DNA of 64,000 bases from Halocafeteria seosinensis (taxonomy: Eukaryota), in assembly GCA_001687465.1 (NCBI GenBank), contig LVLI01000173.1, positions 62,001 through 126,000 on the forward strand. Reading direction: 5' to 3'. This document shows positions 55,846 to 64,000 of the stretch, piece after piece; the first letter of the stretch is position 1, and every line of letters begins with the position of its first letter. Made by a program: the position numbers and the translations under genes. The notes beneath the pieces are model-generated. The model was given only the letters and a program-made list of their open reading frames with translations, searched no databases and was not told the DNA's origin.

Positions 55846-58129
55846 ATGACGATGCTAAGAAGAGGCTCATGGAGAGCACAATTTCCTCAAGTGCTTCTAG
55901 GTTGCATCATGGTATCTGTACCCTTTTGCACAATCTTTGGGGCAAGTATCACCACTCTGGCGCAGGGCAAACGTACTCTCCCGACACCAAGTGTAGGCGA
56001 TAATTCTGCCCTGGGGATAAAACGAGATAGTCCACCGGAGTGCCTTGCTGATGCACGATCACTCAACAGTGGCACATGTGGCTTTATTAGCGGTTGTGAA
56101 ACCTGTGACTGCGGTCTCAGAGGAGAAAATATGACTCTACTTTCCTGCAGAAATTGCAATGGCCCAAGAGTGTAAGAATCCCTTCTGCTTTGGACTTTCC
56201 CGGCTTTCTTCATGCTATGCTTTTCAATTGTTTCACGCAGAGGATTAGAAGAACTTGAGTTAGACTGTATTGATCCGGGAGCATTAGATGACTTTGGAAG
56301 TATCACTTCCTTGTAAGACTAGACTGTAGACTGTTTCCAACATGGTCATTTAATTCAACTTCGGAACATGAGCTATTGTAGCGCAGAGACCTCAAGGATA
56401 ACCAGTTACTTAGCCTCCCAGAAGATATCTTTGAAGGGATGCCCAATTTGGAGGTCCTGTAAGTCAGTTATGGTAATACCGACTTATCGGAAAGAACCTT
56501 TACAGTAATACTCCTTATCTATAAGCTGCAGGGAGCTAAGTGGAAACAAACTTTCATCTCTTCCGTTACATATTTTCCATCCTTTAAACCGCTTGACAAG
56601 ATTGTAGGTCGAACACTCATATGATAATATTGGGAGTTCGGAAACCTATATTTTCAAGCTGTATCAAGCTGTTGGTGCAGGACGCTGTTTCAGAATGAGT
56701 TGAAGATGCTGCATAAGAATGTGTTTGCCAATTTGACCGCCCTTGAACAATTGTCAGTGGATTGTTTATAATGAATCACCCTCGTGCTACGGTGGATCAT
56801 GTACTAGCGCTACAGATCTCTTCGTGACAACAAAATTTCCTTTTTGCCACCGGGTATCTTCGGCAACATGACAAGCTTGAAGAGCCTGTGAGTGTTCGTT
56901 CATTTGTCTTAAAGGACTTCAGAGACCACGTTATCGTTTTAAACTTTACAGGTGGCTGCACGGTAATGAGCTGGAAGCCATCCCTCCCCGTGTGTTTGAT
57001 GAACTGTCCGACCTCTCACTTCTGTAAGGATCCCTCTAAAGCAAAACGCCAATAAAGTGTTACTACGGCAACTACTAGTACCCTGCAGACATCTTCAGGA
57101 AAATCGATTAAAGTTCCTACCGAATGGGATATTCGAACAACTCGTTTCGCTGACTGATCTGTAAGTAAAGTATTGCCCATCGAGAGTTTTTCTGGTGTAC
57201 AAGTTCTTGCTTAAGTGAGAGACAGGAAATTGCATACAAATCCTGGATTTGACTCGGCGTCGTTCTGTCCCTCCGGTACGAGGCTTTTGAACGTTCATAC
57301 CGCGGCTGATGGCATGTTCTGCGTACAAGTATCTCCGTCACCAACTCCGTCGGATACTCCAACGACATCCCCGACTCCGACTGGTACTCCTTCTTCTACA
57401 CCCACTTCTTCTCAAACACCGAGTACGACTGCCACAAGTACAGGAACAGGTTCCTCAACAGCGACTCCCTCAGGCACAGGTACGGCTTCTCGAAGTCCTA
57501 CACGTACTCCCACCAGCAGTTTAACAGCTACAGCCACAGCGTCTTTCACTCCAACCCCGACAAAATCTGCAACCTCATCAGTGTCGCCGACATCAACTAC
57601 GAGCCCTACTCCTTCGAACTCAGCGTCCCATACCGGCACAAGTACAGCCACCGTCACAGGAACTTCCACGGCAACGCCTTCCCAATCAGGCTCTAGCTCT
57701 GCTACAGCTACTCCTTCTGTCACGGAGACATCCTCGATAACACGTACCGGTACCCCCACAAGCACAGGTACTAAATCGCAAACAATGACTGCTACTCAGA
57801 CATCCAGTGGGACACCCAGTAAGAGTGGCTCTTCGACTTGTACTCCAACGGTTACGGCAACCCCATCTATGACCCCAACGGCCTCTTCATCTAGTACAAT
57901 GAGCTCTACCGAAACTCCCACTTCGTCTGTAACACCTACCACAAGCAGCACTACCACACATACAGCTTCTGAAACCCCCACGCATACAATGACGGCCACA
58001 GTTACTCCAACGCCTACACTGACGTCCACAAAAACTCCTTCCAGCAGCGTCTCGTCGTCAGGAAAGCCACGCAGGTTGGAAAACAATCCAATTCCTACTC
58101 AAAGACCAAAGCGGAGAACGACAACGTAA
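55846..58129 (+). CDS. Spliced extracellular LRR protein with Thr/Ser/Pro stalk; exons 55846-56171, 56241-56312, 56387-56458, 56532-56603, 56681-56752, 56816-56887, 56952-57023, 57089-57160, 57226-58129
   Basis: Seven internal exons of exactly 72 nt, all phase 2 with GT..CAG introns, each encoding one 24-aa LRR (e.g. DLKDNQLLSLPEDIFEGMPNLEVL, HLQENRLKFLPNGIFEQLVSLTDL). The spliced frame joins the signal/Cys-cap ORF to the stalk ORF without stops. Confidence 0.92.
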
Positions 58130-58356
58130 CAAGTTTTGCGTATCAAAGCCGAAGCTCTCATCATTTAACAGCTTCTTTAAGTTCATCGGAGTTTGCATTT
58201 ATCGAGCCTAAACTGCACGAGACCTGGTTGTTTGCAACTTCGCTATAACTGCACTACTACGATGATATGCAATCCTGAGACACGAACTTTATTGTATTAG
58301 GATACTATTTAGCCCGGAAGAAAGTTGATATGGGCAACCTTCGTTGCATGGGAAGT

Positions 58357-59259
58357 TTATTCTCGGATATTGCCCATCCTGACTTTTGATAGCGTTTGAC
58401 GGAAGAACCTCCAAAAATAATCCGGTTGCTCCACCCAGGGAAAATGCCCACTTTTGTCCACTGCAACCCAATGTGAATTGGGAAATGCCAAATGTAATTT
58501 TTGGGCTGCGAGGTGAGGGCAGATGAAATCTTGAACTCCCGAGATGATGATAACCGGAGCAGTAACCAGCTTCGCCTCTGGAGCTAGGTCAACCGAAAAC
58601 ACTTGATTCATAAAACACCAACTCATTGTTTGAGGATCGATTTTTGAATTTGCCAGGAGTTCGTCATGCTCCGGATAGTCATAGAAATAGAAAGTCCAGA
58701 ACTTTAGCACAAGCTGTTGGACTTCTTCCTCAGTCTTGATGGGTTCTTTGAGACCCATCATCGATTTGAATTGTTCTACAGCCTCTGGAAACCATGGCTC
58801 ATCGGCAAATCTTTGAAGAGCAACACCAGTGGCAGCAGTACATTCGTCGTCGAGTCCTAGGAATGAATCCACGATAATTACGCCATTGCAACGGCTCGCA
58901 AGTTGCGCCGCGGTCTTAGTTGCTATCAGTCCTCCGCCTGAATGACCTCCAATCGTCACCTCCGTCAACCCGAGGTTTTCAACAAGACTGACTATGTCTT
59001 GGGCATGGTCGTCCAAGGTGTAGGAAGAGGAGGAGGGGTGAGAGCTTCGTCCGCACCCGCGTGTTTCCACCCAGACTACAGTGAATACTTTTTCCAGTTC
59101 CCGTAGGCCGCTCTCTTGATAAAGAGTGATGTCAGGGCCCCATCCCGGTGTGACAAAGATGCAAACAGGTCCACTTCCAGCCACTTCATACCAAAGAGTT
59201 ACTCCAGTGGCCAGTTCAGCGCATCCCTCTCCAGCTGTTAGGGTACGTTTCGTTGCCAT
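58357..59259 (-). CDS. Alpha/beta-fold hydrolase, proline-iminopeptidase-like
   Basis: TPGWGP oxyanion region, ETRGCGRS, nucleophile elbow GHSGGG, acid GVQD, SGHFPWVEQP; single exon; ATG of MATKRT at 59259. Confidence 0.88.
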   Translation of the reverse strand: MATKRTLTAGEGCAELATGVTLWYEVAGSGPVCIFVTPGWGPDITLYQESGLRELEKVFTVVWVETRGCGRSSHPSSSSYTLDDHAQDIVSLVENLGLTEVTIGGHSGGGLIATKTAAQLASRCNGVIIVDSFLGLDDECTAATGVALQRFADEPWFPEAVEQFKSMMGLKEPIKTEEEVQQLVLKFWTFYFYDYPEHDELLANSKIDPQTMSWCFMNQVFSVDLAPEAKLVTAPVIIISGVQDFICPHLAAQKLHLAFPNSHWVAVDKSGHFPWVEQPDYFWRFFRQTLSKVRMGNIRE

Positions 59260-60329
59260 TTTCTCCGTAACACTGCTCAGCAACCAGAAGACCAACTTGG
59301 CGCTCTACTGGGAGTGAGAAGATTGAGATAGATTCTGCAATAGAAACAGAACTGAATTCGGCCCCTTCACTTTCAATCCTCGTGGATAAGTAAGTATCTA
59401 ATCCCGGCTCCGGCGGAAACGGAAACTTTCCGTCGGAAAGTGAATAAATACCGGAGTTCCACTCCTGAAGACGCAAAATTCAAACAGCTACTGACAGGGA
59501 TCAAGGCATAATACCACTCGGCAATGGCTGTAGTATGCTAACGTATGATGCAGTTTGTGCCATGCGGTGGATGGCAGAAGCGAAAATGTAGCTGAAAGTG
59601 GTGCTTATTGGAGGCAGTCTGTGCCTGGGACGCCGCAGTCATTTGTTTGTGAGATTTTAGTCGCAATGGAGAGAGATCATAGAGCTGATGCTACTCCGAC
59701 AACGTGTCCGTAGGACCAATTGGTTCCATTCACCAACTGCTCTACCATAAACTAGAAATGTAGGGCAGCTGTCGGCGCCGTCGCACCCGTGAGGACGCGA
59801 AACCGTATCTCCGGTGTTAGACCGACTAATTCTAAAGAATCCAATATCCTGATAACGCTTATTAAAAGTCTATGAACGAGTGTAGGGGTCTTAATGTATT
59901 AGCTTGCGTGTTGACGGTGTTGCAGAGTTCATCTCTCTTAGGCGTGTGCTGTGGAGTCCAGACAATCAGATAAAATTAGCACTGGCGATCATCACGAGAA
60001 GCACGGATTCGAGTCTGCACTGCGTGTTTGCAGGAATCTGAACAACCAGAGGAGGAAATCAACGCAACTTGCTTCTTGGGACTTAATCTACTCTTAAACG
60101 AATCATGAGCAAATTCTACTCCCTTGACCAACATATGTCATACGAAGAAGAAACGATGACAAGCATTTTGGTTTGAGGTGGCAGATTTCAACGACGCATA
60201 TCTGGAAATAACCGAGGACATTAACAGTGAGTACTGAAGAATCTACGGTTGCTCCTGAGATCGGACAACTTCGCGTTTGTTGTGCTGAATGGATCTCCTC
60301 CGTCCCAATGGGCGATCAGCACCCAGATT

Positions 60330-61469
60330 TCATGCTGTGAAGAGTTTGTGCAAATTCCTTCTTTGCTGCTCGTGGGTCACTTCATGTCTACACTGTGGAA
60401 CACTACGAAGCTTAGCTTCCTGTGACAAACTTGCACGCTTTTTAGCAAAGTGCACGCTTCGGGAATGTTGATCTAATGCTGTTGCAATCAGTGGATTATC
60501 GTTTCCCTCCGCTCGCTCCTTCATCGATCCATTGTTCATTTCGACCTCTACCAATGACTGCGGCTGAGCCAGAAGTTTGGATTTCCGCATTCGAAGCTTT
60601 ATCACGTTTTACTCGTCGTTCCTAGATTAGATGTCTCAATCTCAGTTGCCCTAGCCAGTTGCATCGTTCTACTCTTGTACACAGTTTGCTCGGTTCCAGG
60701 CATGCGTGGCTGCTTGACGGAGACAACTTGTACGTTATATCAACAGAACCATGTTTCACCCCAAATCTATAAACTGAATGGACTCAAAGGCATGGATCTC
60801 GTTGTCTCCCGATGCGTACCCACAATTGGATTCACCCAAGCGGACCTCCAAGGGATTTCATCAAGGTTTTCCTGTTCCGTCCTTGTCTTGTTCCTTTGGA
60901 CTATTTTATACGAAACGGTTCCTTTCGGAATGCCTAAATTCTGCGCATATAACTGGAGAGGAACATTGTACTTCGGCTCCGCTTCATGTTCCGTCTTCGT
61001 TGGTACACAACCAATACAGCAAGCAGGCACACGGTTGCCACAACGATGCCAGGTATACCTGCTGCTACAATGTTTAGATACTTCCTTCCCCGGCAGACAC
61101 AACGTGGTCATCTACTCTGGGTGAGAAAGTAGGAGAGGAGTTGAATTGAGCGGAAGCAGCGGTAGGTGTCGCACTTCGCAACTGCCCACGTTCCGCAGTC
61201 GCGGAAGACGTCGGACGAGGCGCAGAGGCGAACAGACTAGGGGAAAACGACAAAAGATTCGGGGAGGACGATGTCGAGGAGCTAGGGCTATTGAATGTGT
61301 TTGAAGTCCTCGACGGAGACGTGGTCATTGTGGCTGTAGCGCTGGAACTAGCAGAGGCTGCTGGTAGATGTCTTACTTCCGGTTGTTGGTGGGAAACTGA
61401 GCTAACAATAACCAGAGGGCAGAGCGTCAAACATGGAAGCAAGATGGGAGCGATGGTGGGTGATCGCAT
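60330..61469 (-). pseudogene. Frameshifted relic of the stalk-TM-cytoplasmic tail of the 62062 gene
   Basis: Pieces in different frames: stalk; NIVAAGIPGIVVATVCLLAVLVVYQRRR (cf. DIVGAIIPGIVALTLCILAVFLLAYKRKR); PLQLYAQNLGI; KSKLLAQPQSLVEVE; FAKKRASLSQEAK. Confidence 0.82.
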
Positions 61470-62061
61470 TTTTCACCCATAATGACAAGTACGGTGTACG
61501 TATGCACCACGCACGAATTATACCAATATCAATGGTATGGTAGTCTTTGAATAGTGGCATGGAATTGCTTCTGCGATAGTGGTCTTCATTGAAATGCCTG
61601 GGAGTCATAGCACAAGCAGCAATGTCGCACACACAGCAGTGATAACTACTTCTAGCCACTGTCACAACGCATGCTTTCTTCCTGGACTCTGGATCTGTGC
61701 CCCAGATGGGGCGCTGATGGTGAATATATCTATCAGGAACGCGCCCAGCAGAATCTTACCACACTGCCGCAGAAGCTTCCGACCGTATTCTTCACTTTGC
61801 CGAAGATTTAATAAGGAAAGAATGCAAAACACTCTGTGTAGGGAGCTGTCATTCTATTCCATTTGGTCTGTAGGTTATAATTGGTTTGAAGCCAAGAGCA
61901 CTGCATCCAATGTATATTTTTCAGAATCCAAAAGTACTGAGAACTGTAAAAGATATGCACATTCCTACATTATTATACAACATGCACAGATGCCGCAGAA
62001 AAGATATGCGCATCGTCACAAAATGCAATTCTGGCACACTTGGGAAAATACACTTGAAGTT

Positions 62062-64000
62062 CTAGAAGTGCTGTCTCGAGCCCGCAGTTTTTCGCTTGGC
62101 GCTCCTCTTTCGTCCGATGCGGCGAGCCGAATGCGAAGCCACAGGTCTTACGCTAGGGAGAGTTTGTGCAAATTCTTTCTTCTCCGATTTCGTTCGTTCC
62201 AGGCGTCTACGTCGCGACTCGCTGTGGTACTTGGCCTCGTGGGACAAGCTAGCGCGTTTCTTGGCAAATTGTAGCTGCCGAGCGTGATCATTGGTTGCCA
62301 TTGCGGAAAGAGGATTTGTAGTACCCCCATGAGAAAGGTTCGATTGCCCCTTGGCATTATCCACTTCCACTTCAACAAGTGGAGCCGGTTCTGCGAGAAG
62401 TTTGGATTTCCACACTCGGAAATTGAGCAAGGTTTTACTCGAAGCTTTAAGCTCAGACGTATCGACATCAGTTGCCTTAGCTACTTGCGTAGGCTTATTT
62501 TTCACCGAAGGGGGTTCATTGGTCGAGAGACGAGGCTGCTTTACTGACACGACGCGCACACTTTGTAGTTGAATGGGGGTTCGTTTCCCTACATCAACAA
62601 ATTGCGCAGAACCTGCCCTTAGGAGCTGCTTGTCGCCACCCGAGTGCAGCGCTAACGGATTTCGAGTGGGGGTCGGATCTCTCTTCAGTTCCTTTCCGCT
62701 CGAGCTATGTCCCGTCACCGTCGTATACAAAAACTCGCTTTCTGATATGCCTAGATTTTGAGCGTAAATTTGCAGCGGATCATCATACCGCTGCATACGC
62801 TTCTTATTGCGCTTCCGCTTATATGCTAACAGGAAGACGGCCAGTATACAAAGAGTCAGAGCCACAATTCCAGGAATGATTGCTCCCACAATATCATTCA
62901 CGCCTAGGTTACTTCCTGCGACAGCTGCTGCTGGATCTTCATCGTCTGGATTAGTGGAGCTCACTGTTGGAGAGGCTTGCAACTGATCTAACGAGGCGGA
63001 GGGTGTCTTCTTTGTCGACAATGGCGTGTGCTCTCCAGTTGCCGGCGATGTCGGAATGCTTCTGGAAGATGACCAAGTAGAAGAGGCTGGCGAAGACACG
63101 GTTGGGCTCACTGTTAAGAACAGAGGGCGACGTCCAGAAGCTGAAGGGGTCGACGTAACAGATACTGTCGGAAATGCGGTGACGGAAGACGTTACGGTGG
63201 TGCTGACAGAGTTTGAAGCGGAAGAAGTCGGAGTGGGAGATACCGAAGGTTTCGTAAGACCGCCCCCTTGAAAACGTAATATTGGAAGGCCGTCTTTTTC
63301 TCCAATCTTCCAAATGTCAGCATCCCACATTTTGGAACCATTGTAGTAGTATAGCTGGTTCATGATCTTATTCAAATCTCCAGAGTTACCAATGCTTGAA
63401 ATGCTAGAAGCCCCGCTTCCCACCATGACTCTATCTGTGGATACTGAGTACTTCACTGACACAGAATCAGCTTGCGGTGACACACCACCTATTATCCCGC
63501 CAGTGTCACCGAGTTCGGACGACGCATTTCCACTAGAATAAGTCTTTTCGATTTTAAGTGAACCTTCCCGGTATGCAGCATTGGAACCGCATATCCCACC
63601 AGCTTCGTTTGCTAGAATGTTGCCCCTCGCGTACGAATTAGCAATATAGACCGAACCTTTATTTCTCGCTGTATGTTGCCCAGCAAGACCTCCACCTGCC
63701 GTACCTGTGATATCTCCCATAGAGAAGCATTCAGAAACCCGCGTTTCTCCCTTTAAGAAAGCCGCACCGAAACCTAGAATCCCACCGCTTCCGTGACCAC
63801 CAATATCTCCCAAGGAATAGGAACGATGGACCTCGCATTTTCCGTCTTCTCCGCCACATCCTCCACCAATGAGGCCTCCAGAGCCATGTCCATCAATGCT
63901 TCCACTGGAACAGCAGCCGGTCACGTTTACAACTCCCCCAACTCGTCCTGCGAATACGCCGACGATTCCACCAGCAGTCTCTAATATTCTGCCAGTCGAA
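62062..64000 (-). CDS. GLUG-type beta-helix, stalk, single TM and long basic cytoplasmic tail (copy 9); 5' end outside the window
   Basis: Frame stays open to the window edge (STGRILETAGGIVG...), LPILRFQ, stalk, TM IVGAIIPGIVALTLCILAVFLLAY followed by KRKRNKKR. Confidence 0.88.
   Translation of the reverse strand, partial: STGRILETAGGIVGVFAGRVGGVVNVTGCCSSGSIDGHGSGGLIGGGCGGEDGKCEVHRSYSLGDIGGHGSGGILGFGAAFLKGETRVSECFSMGDITGTAGGGLAGQHTARNKGSVYIANSYARGNILANEAGGICGSNAAYREGSLKIEKTYSSGNASSELGDTGGIIGGVSPQADSVSVKYSVSTDRVMVGSGASSISSIGNSGDLNKIMNQLYYYNGSKMWDADIWKIGEKDGLPILRFQGGGLTKPSVSPTPTSSASNSVSTTVTSSVTAFPTVSVTSTPSASGRRPLFLTVSPTVSSPASSTWSSSRSIPTSPATGEHTPLSTKKTPSASLDQLQASPTVSSTNPDDEDPAAAVAGSNLGVNDIVGAIIPGIVALTLCILAVFLLAYKRKRNKKRMQRYDDPLQIYAQNLGISESEFLYTTVTGHSSSGKELKRDPTPTRNPLALHSGGDKQLLRAGSAQFVDVGKRTPIQLQSVRVVSVKQPRLSTNEPPSVKNKPTQVAKATDVDTSELKASSKTLLNFRVWKSKLLAEPAPLVEVEVDNAKGQSNLSHGGTTNPLSAMATNDHARQLQFAKKRASLSHEAKYHSESRRRRLERTKSEKKEFAQTLPSVRPVASHSARRIGRKRSAKRKTAGSRQHF

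Noticed and set aside
59410..59436. Imperfect hairpin ccggcggaaa/tttccgtcgg upstream of the hydrolase
   Set aside because: Short, single instance with no supporting context

Overview
Eukaryotic genomic DNA, most likely a protist (a stramenopile-like heterotroph is only a guess from the protein repertoire). It has short GT-AG introns and no prokaryotic operon, rRNA, tRNA or CRISPR signatures. The window is dominated by a cluster of cell-surface protein genes. Nine GLUG-type Gly-rich beta-helix genes, with no introns visible in their domains, occur in four architectures: secreted with a Ser/Thr/Pro stalk; with Cys-rich repeats plus stalk; single-pass TM; and double-GLUG plus Ig/filamin plus Cys-rich plus multipass TM. 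Two frameshifted relics of their membrane modules are also present. Other genes are a ~4080-aa Cys-rich/cadherin/IPT multipass receptor (two 5' introns reconstructed) and a spliced LRR gene missed by the ORF track, with seven perfect 72-nt one-repeat exons and a lamprey-VLR-like layout. Embedded in the cluster is a bacterial-type AAA-ATPase-like + PD-(D/E)xK nuclease gene that has gained a 5' set of symmetric micro-exons. A PTEN/tensin-type phosphatase-C2 gene and an alpha/beta hydrolase are also present. The best candidate for an undescribed system is a modular, birth-and-death recognition-receptor locus with two unrelated solenoid heads (GLUG and LRR) on shared stalks and tail motifs. All family assignments come from reading motifs by eye; no searches were run.
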